A stretch of DNA of 63,803 nucleotides, the filler included, from Octopus bimaculoides (Eukaryota), in the NCBI RefSeq assembly GCF_001194135.2. It is 4 parts of 4 records of this genome, joined end to end, with 100 filler letters (N's around TTAATTAATTAA, not from the genome) between each part and the next. Parts side by side here need not be neighbours in the genome. Positions count along the whole stretch, not along the records: positions 1 to 29,735 come from NC_069007.1; 3 more parts are not named here. One strand, 5' to 3'. The notes under the pieces were generated by a model. The model was not told the origin of the DNA. It saw only the letters and a program-made list of their open reading frames with translations, and did not search any database. The position numbers and the translations under genes are program-made. Below, piece after piece: positions 11,627 to 25,139 of this stretch; position 1 is the first letter of the stretch, and each line of letters begins with the position of its first letter.

Positions 11627-13239
11627 AAAAGTTAAAAACCTTGAAATATAAATATAAACTGTGAGAACGACCCTTAAGGAATCTAATTAATGATCCCCTA
11701 AGGTAAGTTCTTATGCTATATTGGTAACGGTTGCAACATCCTCTGGAAAATTATATATATATATAATGTAGGTGTGTGTATATAATATATGGTGATGTGG
11801 GGACTTATACATTGTTGTATGTATTTTATATACATATATGTATGTGCGTGTATAGTATGTGTATACATGCAGACATATTTACACTCGAATATAATTCCCA
11901 TCATTATTTTCACCTGTTGTTCTGCATTAAATTTCGTGCTTTGTGTATAATAAAATAGCATTGGTAGCTATATACACTTGCATGTTGGCATATGATAAAT
12001 ACATAATAAACTATTGTCTGTTAGCTATCTTTCTATCTATTTATCTATCCTTCTATCCATCTGTCCATCTATCTAATTTACGTGTGGTGAGGTACATCCT
12101 TTGTGTTTTTTCCTGTTAACCGAATGGCCCTTCATCACCCTCTTGCCCCACGTTTTACGATTATATATATTCTTTTCTGCTCTAGGCACAAGGCCCGAAA
12201 TTTTAGGGGTAGTGGGGCAAGTTGATTAGATCGACTTCAGTACGCAACTGGTACTTAATTTATCGATCCTCGAAAGGATGAAAGGCAAAACTCGACATAA
12301 TGTGTATACAACGCAGCTGAAGATGTGAGAAGGGACAAAGAATGAAGACTCTTTGGCGTTATGTGATGCAAATCCTTTACAGAACTAACTTCAGGAAACT
12401 GGTTGCTCACCTGATAACCTACAAACTGGGCTAAATACACAAAGCAGACTTCCTCTTTACTGAGAAATAAGTATAAATAGAAGCACTGTCTTCGCTGTGA
12501 CATGAGAATTAAGAGTTAGAAAGGCCTGAAGCAAAACCAGAAAACTGTCCGAAGCAGTGGTTCTCAGGTCTTTTTTGCCTGTAGACTCGCGGTGAATCCT
12601 GTTTTATTTGGATCGACTCGCATAGCCATTCGACGTTTGTTAGATACGATTAGGAATTGTATAAAAGATTATGAAAAATATTTTGTGTGTTGTAGAAATA
12701 TAACCTGTTTATTTGACACGGGTTTTAATAACAAAATCTTATGCGGGCCCCTTGTAAGAGAACCAGGTCGAGTGAGAAGAAAGGAAGGAACGGAAATTGG
12801 AAAATCCCTCTGCTAGATTGGGTAATGTTTATTTTGAGACTGAGTGGGGAGAAAATAGAGATCTTTAACATACACGACGACGAGGAGATTTCCTATTAGT
12901 CATATACGAAATCTGTGATTGTTTGGGAGTCGTTTGCCAGCCAGGTAGAAGGTGGACATAACAGGTGGATTGATATAATATTTTTTTCCTCTTTCACTTG
13001 TTTCAATCATTGAACAGCAGCCATGCTGTGACGGCCATACCTTGAAAAGGCTTTAATCAAGCAGATTGACTCCAGTACTTAATTATCTCTCTTTCTCTCT
13101 CTCTTTACTTTGGTACCCATTCTGTTAGTTTCCATTTACTGAACCACTAAGTTATAGAGATGTAAACAAGCCAACACTCCCCCCTCACCATTCCTAGTAA
13201 AGTGTTCTTAGTTTTGAAACAACACCTGTGATTAGCCTT

Positions 13240-14010
13240 CCGTGACTGGAGAAAGCCTTTGACGAGGTTTCACTAAGAAAATTAGGTGTGGATGAATGGG
13301 TTGTGGGAATGATGCAAGCTGTGTACAGATGTTGTCAGCTTGGTGAGAGTTGACAAATTCAGCAAGGAATTTAGTATGCAAGTTGGTGTCCATCAGGGGG
13401 TCTTTTCTCAGTCCCTTGCTGTTTAGTATAGCTCTCCTGGCCATAACAAATGTGTTTAAAACTGGCTTTTTTGTGGAAATTCTTGTTAAAGAATTAGAAT
13501 AAAAATTCCAACCAAGGATGCAACACCTAGAATCAAGCGAGGCCTCGGAATAAATTTTGGTAAAACAAGAAAGAAAACCAAACTCTGCTGTCGTCTAGTC
13601 AATGGACATGTTCAGTATATATACAGAAATGGAGGAGTTAGAAATTGTAAGTGTATGACAAAAGACCGAGATATCTGGTGCCTGGCCGTACTCAAGAAGA
13701 CCCATGCCCTACAGTAGCAGTGTTAAGGGCTGGTCCTTCTGGTTGTGTAAAGCACTCATGGCACTGTCACATAAAAGTACCTACTGTACATGTGGGTCAC
13801 TTAAATGTGCCCATGTAAAAGCATCAGCACACTCTGTAAAGTGGTTGGCATTAGGAAGGGCGTCAACCCGTAGAAACCATGCAAAATCAGACAAGAGTCT
13901 GGTGCAGTCGCTTAGCCTGCCAGCATGGACATTAAATGATGATGATGGATGCAGTGTTAGCTTTGGAGATATAATCGATGAGATGGGATCACCTGCAGGC
14001 TGAGAGAAGG

Positions 14011-14041
<31 letters not shown>

Positions 14042-14540
14042 GTAGATGTTTTGGAGCAGTTAGCAGTAGTGGCGCCTCTGAAAATTCATTCAGATGACTC
14101 TTTGGAAATAGGTGATCGCTTCTGTTACTTAAGTGACCTAATTAGCAGTGGAGAATTATTCTGAAAGCTTCGCAACCAGAACTAGAACAGGATGGTAAAA
14201 GTTCAATGAGTTATTATCTCTGCTGGCAACAGTTACTTATTAATATTATTATTATTATTATTATTTTTTCTTTTTTTTTTCCTGAATGAAGGGTAGATTG
14301 CGTCGGCTTGTGTACGAAGTGCAGTGTTGCATGGTAACAAAGCACAGCCTCTGAAAACAGGAAATAATAAAGGATGTGGGCATATTAGACTGAGGGTGTA
14401 ATGTTAGGGTGTAGGAACGTAATGTTGGAGAGAGAGAAAAAAAACTAGGCTGTGTACAAGTGAGGAAACTGTGCTGGTTGTTGACATGATGAAGAGTGAC
14501 GGTTATGAGAAATACCAAATGATCTGAGATAGATGAAGAA
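13240..14540 (+). mobile_element. Degenerate RTE-clade LINE fragments (RT and thumb)
   Basis: Translates with frameshifts to LEKAFD..RKLGVDEW, VGVHQGSFLSPLLF, and (~14100-14230) LEIGDRFCYLSDLISSG...RTGW.KFNELL. Confidence 0.75.
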
Positions 14541-14795
14541 GATAAAGACTTTGGATTAAATACATTTCTGGTTTAGGCACACCACTTGTGTCACTTTTAA
14601 CTTACCCATAGCAATTCTCTTTATTCATTCATGTTCTTCTAATTAGGGGTCATGCTCTGACATCTTTTCCATGGGTCACCATGTATCTCCTCTACAGCAA
14701 GTCCTCGCCTGTTCCTGTCCCTCTGTCACTTATCGACCTCTCAACGCCTAGCACAAACCTTAAATACTGCTCCTCCCCACCTCAGCATTTAAACC

Positions 14796-15560
14796 GTGTG
14801 CGGGTGACACATAAAATACACCATTTTGAGCGTAGCCGTTGCCAGTACCGCCTGACTGGCCTTCGTAGGATTTTCGAGCAAGATCGTTGCCAGTGCCCCT
14901 GGACTGGCTCTTGTGCGGGTGACACATAAAATACACCATTTTGAGCGTAGCCGTTGCCAGTACCGCCTGACTGGCCTTCGTAGGATTTNNNNNNNNNNNN
15001 NNNNNNNNNNNNNNNNNNNNNNNNNNNNNNNNNNNNNNNNNNNNNNNNNNNNNNNNNNNNNNNNNNNNNNNNNNNNNNNNNNNNNNNNNNNNNNNNNNNN
15101 NNNNNNNNNNNNNNNNNNNNNNNNNNNNNNNNNNNNNNNNNNNNNNNNNNNNNNNNNNNNNNNNNNNNNNNNNNNNNNNNNNNNNNNNNNNNNNNNNNNN
15201 NNNNNNNNNNNNNNNNNNNNNNNNNNNNNNNNNNNNNNNNNNNNNNNNNNNNNNNNNNNNNNNNNNNNNNNNNNNNNNNNNNNNNNNNGCCCCTGGACTG
15301 GCTCTTGTGCGGGTGGCACATAAAATACACCATTTTGAGCGTGGCCGTTGCCAGTACCGCCTGACTGGCCTTCGTGCGGGTGACACGTAAAAGCACCCAC
15401 TACACTCTTGGAGTGGTTGGCGTTAGGAAGGGCATCCAGCTGTAGAAACTCTGCCAAATTAGATTGGAGCCTGGTATAGCCATCTGGTTTCACCAGTCCT
15501 CAGTCAAATCGTCCAACCCATGCTAGCATGGAAAGCGGACGTTAAATGATGATGATGATA
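14796..15560 (+). mobile_element. Family-C SINE with an internal 115-bp tandem array and RTE-type tail ending in (GAT)n
   Basis: The unit starting gtgcgggtgacacataaaatacacc recurs at 14798 and 14913 and continues across the gap. Tail: gagtggttggcgttaggaagggcatccagc...gcggacgttaaatgatgatg. Confidence 0.85.
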
Positions 15561-15831
15561 TCTGGCCAAAATATTCTACAGGCTTTATGTTCAAAATCAG
15601 CCAGATCCAGCCTCTCACACCAACCCTACAATGTCATTCTTGAAATTAACAGTAACCTTATCAAAATCTCAAAATTACAAAATAATGCAGAACTAATTAA
15701 AAACAATGTGAATAAATGAGTATTACTTTTGACAAAATAATGTGAATGCTTAAGGGTTAAATGAAATGAAGGAATCAACAGGTAGGGACTTCAGGTCTCT
15801 GATCTTCGTGTCAACTTTAGAGGGGTCCTTC

Positions 15832-16020
15832 AAGGTGGCGAGTCGGCGGGCTCAGCATGCCTGTCTTTGTGTTCTGAGTTTAAATTCTGCTGGGGTCAAC
15901 TTACCCTTTCATCCTTTTGGGGTTGATAAAAATAGGTAACAGTTGAGTACCAGGGGTTGATGTAGTTGACTTACCCCTAACCCCGAAATTGCTGGCCTTG
16001 TGCCAAAATTTGAAATCGAC
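15832..16020 (+). mobile_element. Family-A SINE (diverged)
   Basis: Head and core motifs as in the other copies. Confidence 0.7.
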
Positions 16021-17362
16021 ATCTGAGGGCCCTTTGCGAGTTTTCATCTTAAATGCCAAGATCATGGACAGTGACCTAGGGGATTGCTCCCTAATTTACT
16101 GGTCGAATTTTAGGATGTTGTTTAATGCTACTGATTGAATGAGGAATTGGAGACTCAACCCTCAACCCTTTTACTGCAGAAATCAAATATAAGGTGCAGG
16201 CGTGGCTGTATGGTAAGAAGCTGGCTTCCCAACCACATGGTTCCAGGTTCACTCCCACTTTGTGGAACCTTGGGCAAGGTTGAATGGTGGCAGCTGGTGA
16301 AGGAAATGTTCTCTATGTGGCCTGTGTGTTTTCTGTACTCTGTTTATCATTTTGTCTATGTTTTGTTTGCGATGTCCTGTACCCAGATATGCATCTATAT
16401 ACACAGGTAGATGTAAGTATGTACGTATATATGCATGTACTCATTTATTATTTGTATTATATATATATATTAGGAAGGGCATCCAGCTGTAGAAACTCTG
16501 CCAAATTTAGATTGGAGCCTGGTGTTGCCATCCGGTTTCACCAGTCCTCAGTCAAATCGTCCAACCCATGCTAGCATGGAAAGCGGACGTTAAACGATGA
16601 TGATGATGATGTATATGTATGTATATAAGTTATGGGTCTCAAGAAGACCCAAAACTCTGCAGCTGAACTATTAAGACCACAGTCCCTCTGGTCGTGTAAG
16701 GTACCCGGCTCACTCTGTAAAGTGGTTGGCGTTAGGAAGGGAATCCAGCCATAGAAACCATACCAAATCAGAGTAGAGTCTGTTGCCGCTATTACTTAGA
16801 GATTAAGCAACATGCTGGAGACTTGCTCCTCAATTGGCCCTTAATTTAGTGGTGGTTTTAGCTGCTATTTCAAGCAAGTTCAGGTGTCGCTCTCTCACAC
16901 ACACACGCACACGCATATATACATATCCCAACTAGTAAATATTATTCACTAGAAATAATTGGTGTCACCTGACAAGGTGATGACTATCACAAACAACTGT
17001 TGCACCTGTCCACCTGTTGTAATTACATATGGGGATGAGGTGAGGTGTACAGGTATACTCTTCACTAATATGTTTAAGTAGATGATATATATGTACAAGG
17101 ATGTGTATTCCATTATTTAGTACCTGGTGAACACTGGTCAAGCAAGCATATTTGATCCAAAGACATTCCAGGTGTGATCATCCTGACTTTTTGTGGGAAC
17201 ATCTAATACTACTTTACTGACATGTTCTTCCTCATTGTTTTTTAATGAAAGGTGAGTGGGATCTTAGAAAAAGACAGATTTTGCTGCTATTTCATGCTGA
17301 CCTAGAAGCCTGATAGAAGAGTACTGGTTGGCTTGGTGCCTATACACACATGCTGTGCTTCT

Positions 17363-17501
17363 GTGTGGTAAGTAGCTTGCTTACCAACCACATGGTTCCG
17401 GGTTCAGTCCCACTGCGTGGCACCTTGGGCAAGTGTCTTCTACTATAGCCTCGGGCCGACCAAAGCCTTGTGAGTGGATTTGGTAGACGGAAACTGAAAG
17501 A
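17363..17501 (+). mobile_element. Family-B SINE head
   Basis: gtgtggtaagtagcttgcttaccaaccacatggttccgggttcagtcccactgcgtggcaccttgggcaagtgtc. Confidence 0.85.
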
Positions 17502-18199
17502 ATGAAAGGCAAGGTCGACCTCGGCGGAATTTGAACTCAGAATGTAAAGACAGATGAAGAACCGCTAAGCATTTCGCCCGGCGTGCTAACGATTCTGCCA
17601 GCTCACCGTCTTAATAATGGATTCAGATTTTGGTAAGGCCAGCAAGTTTGGGGGAAGGGAAAGTCGATTACATTGATCCCCCATTACGCAACTGGTACTT
17701 ATTTTATCGACCTANNNNNNNNNNNNNNNNNNNNNNNNNNNNNNNNNNNNNNNNNNNNNNNNNNNNNNNNNNNNNNNNNNNNNNNNNNNNNNNNNNNNNN
17801 NNNNNNNNNNNNNNNNNNNNNNNNNNNNNNNNNNNNNNNNNNNNNNNNNNNNNNNNNNNNNNNNNNNNNNNNNNNNNNNNNNNNNNNNNNNNNNNNNNNN
17901 NNNNNNNNNNNNNNNNNNNNNNTTTCCTTTCCCTCCACCATCACCGTTTTAGCAAATTCTTCTCCTCCCACTTCTTTTCCTCCTCCTCCTCCTCCTCCCT
18001 TTTTCTTTCTTCATTCTCTTCGTCTTTTTTCTTCTCTTTTCTCTCTTTTGATCATCTTTCTCATCTTCATCTTCTTTTCCCTCTCTTTCTCTTCACATTT
18101 CTTTCTGTTCCCTTTCTCTTTCCTCTTTCTCTTTCATTTCTTCTTTTTACCATCCTCTTTGTCGTCTTCCTTTTTTCTTTTCCCTCTTTCTCTCTCTTT

Positions 18200-18590
18200 A
18201 CTCTTTTACTTGTTTCAGTCATTTGACTGCGGCCATGCTGGAGCACTGCCTTTAGTCGAGCAAATCGACCCCAGGACTTATTCTTTGTAAGCCTAGTACT
18301 TATTCTATCGGTCTCTTTTTGCCGAACCGCTAAGTTACGGGGACGTAAACACACCAGCATCGGTTGTCAAGCGATGGTGGGGGGACATACACAGACACAC
18401 AAACACACATACATATAAATATATATACATATACACGACAGGCTTCTTTCAGTTTCCGTCAACCAAATCCACTCACAAGGCTTTGGTCGGCCCGAGGCTA
18501 TAGTAGAAGACACTTACCCAAGGTGCCACGCAGTGGGACTGAACCCGGAACCATGTGGTTGGTAAGCAAGCTACTTACCACACAGCCACT
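18200..18590 (-). mobile_element. Full-length family-B SINE
   Basis: Head, internal CA/TA tract and 3' body; matches 56460-56840. Confidence 0.85.
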
Positions 18591-19919
18591 CCTTTCCCAT
18601 CCACTTTGTCGTCTTCCTTTTTTCTTTTCCCTCTTTCTCTNNNNNNNNNNNNNNNNNNNNNNNNNNNNNNNNNNNNNNNNNNNNNNNNNNNNNNNNNNNN
18701 NNNNNNNNNNNNNNNTATATATATATATATATATACACATATATACAACTGGCTTCTTTCAGTTTCCGTCAACCAAATCCACTCACAAGGCTTTGGTCGG
18801 CCCGAGGCTATAGTAGAAGACACTTACCCAAGGTGCCACGCAGTGGGACTGAACCCGGAACCATGTGGTTGGTAAGCAAGCTACTTACCACACAGCCACT
18901 CCTTTCCCATCCACTTTGTCGTCTTCCTTTTTCTTTTCCCTCTTTCTCTTATTTCTTTTTGTTCTCTTTTCTCTTCTCCCTCTTTCTCTTTTTCATCCTC
19001 TTCATTGTCTTCCTTTTTGTCCCCTTTTTCCTCTTTGTCTTATTTGCATTTTCTTGTTCTCCTTCCTCTTCTATTTCTTCTTTTCTCCTTCTTCCTCATC
19101 TTTCTTTTTATCTTTTCAATAGAACTATCATGACAAATGAAGAGTTTCTTTTAAACCTCTCTCTCTCTCTCAAACACACAATAAACCCAGGGTTCAAACC
19201 CACTCCACAGCAGCTTGTACCAGACATGTCTTCTGCTGTAACCTCAGGCTTCCAAAATGCCTCACGAATGGAGGCCAGTAAACCAAAACCCTGCTGAACC
19301 CCATTTTATGTATGTGTACACTTTGTTTTGTTGACCCCCAGAAGGAAGAAAAACATACTTTGGGGACAGGGAGTTAGTCCATGTGATTGACTCGGAAACA
19401 GATACCAGATACTCCAGGGTATCACAAACGAGGCCCTAACAATTCTGCCAGTCCACTGCTCCAGACTGGTACTGTATTTATTGTTCATGAAGGAAGAAAT
19501 GTAAAGAGACCTTGGCCAGGTTTGAACCCAGAACACAAAAGGCCCCCAAAAAATCACAGGTAATTTTGTCTAATGCTCTAATGACTCTGCTAACCCTAAC
19601 CCTAGTACTTCCCAAGAAGCTCACACTTTAGTGTGGGTTTTCTGAAGCCTGATATGCTTTTTATATATACATATATATATATATCGATGGTGCACCTGTG
19701 TGTCCCTTTGCAGTGCACTTAGATCTCTCACTGTGCACTCCTGTCCATTGCAGTGCACCAAGATCAGTTGCAGTACACTCTGAGGACTGCTGGTATATCA
19801 TCTTCATCATCATCACCATTTAACGTCCGCCTTCCATGCTGGCATGAGTTGGACGGTTTTTACAGGAGCTGACCAGGCAGAAGACTGCACTCGACTTCTG
19901 ATGGGTTTAATGGCTGCAT

Positions 19920-20135
19920 AAGGCAGTGAGCTGGCAGAAACATTAGCCCCGCCGGGCGAAATGCTTAGCAGTATTTTGTCTGTTTTTACGTTCTTGAGTT
20001 CAAATTCCGCCGAGGTCAACTTTGCTTTTCATCCTTTCGGGGTCGATAAATTAAGTACCAGTTGCATACGGGGTTCAATCTAATCGACTGGCTCCCTCCC
20101 CTAAAATTTTGGGCCTTATGCCTAGAGTAGAAAAG
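19920..20135 (+). mobile_element. Family-A SINE
   Basis: Complete head, core and tail (…gggccttatgcctagagtagaaaag). Confidence 0.85.
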
Positions 20136-20319
20136 GTTTTAATGGCTGTGTGCCCTTCCTGAGAGGCTGAATCTGGTCAGGTTGAACAAAACAGGTAGGA
20201 ATATTTGGGTTGGATATGGTCAGATCAAATACTAAAGGATTAATATAGCTCCGCTCAGGGCCTCGGGTCCTTTTAGCAGGACCCACTCCATTGTGAGTAT
20301 TTGAAGCAAGTCTCAAGAT

Positions 20320-20591
20320 CATCATCTTCATCATCATCGTCGTTTAACGTCCTCTTTCCATGCTAGCATGGGTTGGACGATTTGACTGAGGACTGGTGAA
20401 ACCGGATGGCTACACCAGGCTCCAATCTAATCTGGCAGAGTTTCTACAGCTGGATGCCCTTCCTAACGCCAACCACTCCGAGAGTGTAGTGGGTGTTTTA
20501 CGTGCCACCAGCACGACGGCCAGTCAGACGGTACTGGCAACGGCCACGCTCGAAATGGTGTATTTTACGTGCCACCTGCATAGGAGGAGCC
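20320..20591 (-). mobile_element. Family-C SINE (runs into the gap)
   Basis: Reverse complement of the 15300-15560 sequence. Confidence 0.85.
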
Positions 20592-21559
20592 NNNNNNNNN
20601 NNNNNNNNNNNNNNNNNNNNNNNNNNNNNNNNNNNNNNNNNNNNNNNNNNNNNNNNNNNNNNNNNNNNNNNNNNNNNNNNNNNNNNNNNNNNNNNNNNNN
20701 NNNNNNNNNNNNNNNNNNNNNNNNNNNNNNNNNNNNNNNNNNNNNNNNNNNNNNNNNNNNNNNNNNNNNNNNNNNNNNNNNNNNNNNNNNNNNNNNNNNN
20801 NNNNNNNNNNNNNNNNNNNNNNNNNNNNNNNNNNNNNNNNNNNNNNNNNNNNNNNNNNNNNNNNNNNNNNNNNNNNNNNNNNNNNNNNNNNNNNNNNNNN
20901 NNNNNNNNNNNNNNNNNNNNNNNNNNNNNNNNNNNNNNNNNNNNNNNNNNNNNNNNNNNNNNNNNNNNNNNNNNNNNNNNNNNNNNNNNNNNNNNNNNNN
21001 NNNNNNNNNNNNNNNNNNNNNNNNNNNNNNNNNNNNNNNNNNNNNNNNNNNNNNNNNNNNNNNNNNNNNNNNNNNNNNNNNNNNNNNNNNNNNNNNNNNN
21101 NNNNNNNNNNNNNNNNNNNNNNNNNNNNNNNNNNNNNNNNNNNNNNNNNNNNNNNNNNNNNNNNNNNNNNAAAACTTTGCTGCCGAGATACCTTGGCTGC
21201 TGCCGCCGTCGCCGGCGTGGCGTGGCGTGGCGACATCTGGTAGAGCTTTTCGGCTGCTGCTGTTGGTGCCGTTGGTGCTGGTGTTCGCGATAGTGTTCTA
21301 CATTCGACTGATATGTATTGTATAGTGATAATGGTGGTGGTGATGTGGGACGGGGGGGGGAGGAGGTAGCTATTGAATTACATGGCCTTGCACATAGGAG
21401 AGTGTGTGTGTATGTGTGTGTGCGTATGTGTGTGTATGCAGTATATCTATATATATGTGTGTATGTGTATATATATACATGCATCATATATAGATATATA
21501 TATATCATATATACATACATCATATATATACACACATATATATACACACACACACATAT

Positions 21560-21609
<50 letters not shown>

Positions 21610-21670
21610 TCATATATATNNNNNNNNNNATATATATATATATACTCATATATATATATATATATATATA

Positions 21671-21710
<40 letters not shown>

Positions 21711-21839
21711 CACCCACACACATATACACTTATATATACATATATATATATATATACCCACATGCATATACACTTATATATACATATATATATATATACC
21801 CACATGCATATACACTTATATATACACATACATGTATAT

Positions 21840-21876
<37 letters not shown>

Positions 21877-22936
21877 TACATATATCTATATGTGCACACC
21901 ACACGCGCGTGTGTGTGTGTGTGAGCAAAAGTGCTAAGAATGTATAATAGTTTGCTGACCTGGTTTTTAATTTTCTTTCCTTCCTTCCTTCCTTTTCGTT
22001 CTTTTGCTGATGTTGACTATTAAATAAACTTTCTAAAGCCAAGAATATCTTGTTGCAGCTGTTCTTGTTGCTGCTGCTGTTGTTGTTGCTGCCGTTGTTG
22101 TTGCTGTTGTTGTTGTTGTTGTATTATGTATGTCAGTAACTCTTCTCCTGTTGTATTTCAAATGAAATGTCATTGCCCTGATAGGTTTCTATTAGTTTTT
22201 TTAAATCTGATAAAGAATTCAGGGTGGAGTTTTTGATAAATAAACAGACTTCTTCTCATTATTAATTTGGTTTTTGTGGCATTGAACTTTTTTTTACCCT
22301 CAGTCTTACGCTTGTTGCACTCACAGGACTGCGGTCATGCTGCGGCATCACTTTGAAAGGTTTTAGTCAGGCAAATTAACCCCCACCCCACCCCTGTGCT
22401 TTTTGCTTTCCCTTTTTTTTCTTCTTTTTCTTTGAGTCTGCTACTTACTCTTTTGGTTTTGTTTGTTGAATTGCTAAGTCATGGGGGGACATAAACCAGT
22501 ACCAGTTGTCAAGCAGTAGGGGCTGGTGATGACAGACATACGAAGACATAGTTACAAACTTACATACCTAATATATACACATGCATACACCACCTGAACA
22601 AGCATACATCAACTGTTACACACACACACACACACACATGTTAGCCTCACATATATATGCAACAGGGGGATTTGGTAACTATTTCTAGCAGATAAGCAAT
22701 CCTGTATTGGCCCCTTTGTGGCTGATCAGTTGAGTAGTTTTTATTTTTTGTTTCTCTTTCGACTGGAGTTTGATATTTGAATATCTTGACACAGCTCCAT
22801 CACTGTCCCACTAAATGTGGAAACTGAATGCTTTTACTTAAATATATAAAAAAAAACAAGAAAAAAAAAAGAATCCTCAAAATGAAACCCTTGATTAATA
22901 TATTTCCTTGTCTTTTGTCATTGCAGCTAGATCAAC

Positions 22937-23111
22937 ATGGCAGTCGTCAGATATATGTTACGAGGCTGTGTTCTTTTTGTCACTGGAGTCTTTTTCACAC
23001 TCGTTCTCAACCTCTTACAAGTACAACGCCAGCTCTCATTCCCACAAGAAGTCATCACAAATCTCTTTTCATCTACATGGTGGGTTCCCCCTACATGTGG
23101 GACAGCTGCTG
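22937..23111 (+). CDS. INSIG: INSIG coding exon 1 (TM1 to start of TM2)
   Basis: [58 protein letters not shown] aligns to human INSIG2 [23 protein letters not shown]...WWVPPCCGTA. Donor G|gtaagt. Confidence 0.97.
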
Positions 23112-23439
23112 GTAAGTGTTAACACCTGCTACATGTTTTTTCATCTTAAAACAGCTTTCAAAAATCCTTTATTTTCTCACTCTCATACACACACTCTCTT
23201 ATATTGGTTTGTCTTAGTTGCCTGTTTTCTTCCTTCTTTTTCCCTTTTTTCTCCCTTCTTTTTCCCTTTTTTCTCATTTTCTTTCATCCTTTGTTATCTT
23301 GACCTTTCTGTTGCCATGTTCAGCCCAAATTTTCTACATGTTTTACATTCAGACTGTCCTGATCTGGCTTCTCACACTTACCCAGCAATATTATTCTAAA
23401 AATAAACAATCACACGTATAGATTGATCCATCCTGAGAC

Positions 23440-23915
23440 ATACAGACTCGTAGAGCCAGTTTCCGTGGTGCATGTATTTCCCCCTGGATGGGATGCCAGT
23501 CTGACACAGGATTACTCACTTTTGTCAGCTGAGTGAAATGAGGTAATATGAAATAAAGTGTTTTGCTCAAGAACACAACATGTTGCTTGCTCCAGGAACT
23601 GAAACCTCAATCTTTGTATTTCGAGTCCAACACCCTCACCACTAAGTCACATGTCTCCACTAAAATGGTAAAGCTACCTTCTTGCATCATACTAACTCAT
23701 AAGGGCTCAGTTTCTCTGGTTCCCACAGCGTATATATTCCCCACCTGGATGGGATGCTAGTCCCTCACAGGATTACTCATTTTTGCCAGCTGAGTGGACT
23801 GGAGCAACGTGAAATGAAGCAGTTTCGCTCAAGAACACAACGTGTTGCCCGGTCCAGGAATCGAAACCACAATCTTATGATCATGAGTCCAACACACCTA
23901 ACCACTAAACCATGC
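23440..23915 (-). mobile_element. Two tandem family-D SINE copies in an INSIG intron
   Basis: tRNA-like heads (ggaatcgaaacc...accactaa) and cccatcc/cacaggattactc bodies, repeated. Confidence 0.75.
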
Positions 23916-24340
23916 GCATATCACACAAGGCCACTGATGTGTAGACGTGTCCTGATGTCATATGAACCAACCTTTATGCCCCTGAGAATTAAAAGATCCT
24001 GTGCCCTCAATGGTAAACTTGGGAAAACAGGAGACTCTGAGAGTAAATTGAAAATGAATGGTCAGGCAGCAACAGAAGATCACTGTCATATGTTTCCCGA
24101 ATCACATATCTTCAGGTTGTGGGTTCAAATCTTACCTAGGTTGACATTATTTCTCGCTCTTCCTTCTATGGGTCATGGTCAGTGAAACCATTCAAGTACT
24201 GGGGGTCATTCTTATCAACTGTACCTTCTCACCAAATGTCTCCTCCCTAATTTTGTGCCAAATTTAGGGGAGTAAAACACCCCCCAATATTTCTTATTCC
24301 TTAATAATGTATTCATTTTCTTTTTGTGTCTTTTTTGCAG

Positions 24341-24465
24341 CCATCATAGGTCTATTGTATCCATGTTTAGACAACAAATTGGGTGAACCCCACACTCACA
24401 GACGAGAATGGTCCAGTGTGATGCGGTGTGTGGCAGTGTTTGTTGGCATCAACCATGCCAGTGCT
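24341..24465 (+). CDS. INSIG: INSIG coding exon 2 (125 nt)
   Basis: (A)[41 protein letters not shown]; acceptor ttgcag|. Confidence 0.98.
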
Positions 24466-24567
24466 GTATCCTTTTTCTTTACCATTTTAATTCTTCTTGT
24501 AAATTGTTCTTCGGTGGTTCCAGTATTCCATGTAGACATAATATACCTTACATTTCTGTGCACCACA

Positions 24568-24621
<54 letters not shown>

Positions 24622-25139
24622 NNNNNNNNNNNNNNNNNNNNNNNNNNNNNNNNNNNNNNNNNNNNNNNNNNNNNNNNNNNNNNNAGAGAAAGTCTTTAAC
24701 ATTTCGAGCTATGCTCAACAGAAAGAATAAGGAGAAAAACACAGAGAAAAAAAATTTGAATGTCGTGGTCAATGATCTATATATATATATATATATATAT
24801 ATGAGTGAGAGAGAAATAGGTGTGGTTGTATGGTAAGAAGTTTGCTTCACAGCCACATGGTTCCAAGTCCAGTCCCAAGTAACTTGCGAGACAAAGAACT
24901 TTTGAGAGGGGAGGGCGCATTGGAGGAGGTGGCCTTGTGTCAGATGATGAAATGTTAGTGTGACAGAGAGACAGAAACAAGTGTCTTGCTTTAAAGATGG
25001 TACATGGTTACCTGGCCAGAGAGGGAGAGAAAGTTACCAAGGATGAGGACAGAAACAGGTGAGTAGAGGAGATAATTGAATGTTTATTGTATTGCTTGAT
25101 ATCTTATGAGAACCTATATTCCTTGACTGCCTTGTGTAG
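24466..25139 (+). other. INSIG: U12-type (minor spliceosome) GT-AG intron
   Basis: 5'ss GTATCCTTT at 24466; branch point TTCCTTGAC at 25119-25127, 12 nt before the AG end; no long polypyrimidine tract. Confidence 0.93.

Noticed and set aside
14798-15380. Regular repeat array, superficially CRISPR-like
   Set aside because: Eukaryotic context; the units are fully repeated with no unique spacers; it is internal to a SINE.
18428-18960. Direct duplication of ~210 bp either side of a gap
   Set aside because: An essentially identical sequence flanking Ns is most likely an unmerged contig overlap.
19690-19790. Cluster of TGCAC motifs, possibly metal-response elements
   Set aside because: Only one fits TGCRCNC; it looks like a decayed short tandem repeat.
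22378-22392. CCCACCCCAC as an SRE near the ATG exon
   Set aside because: Lacks the TCAC core and lies in a C-rich low-complexity patch with no CCAAT partner.
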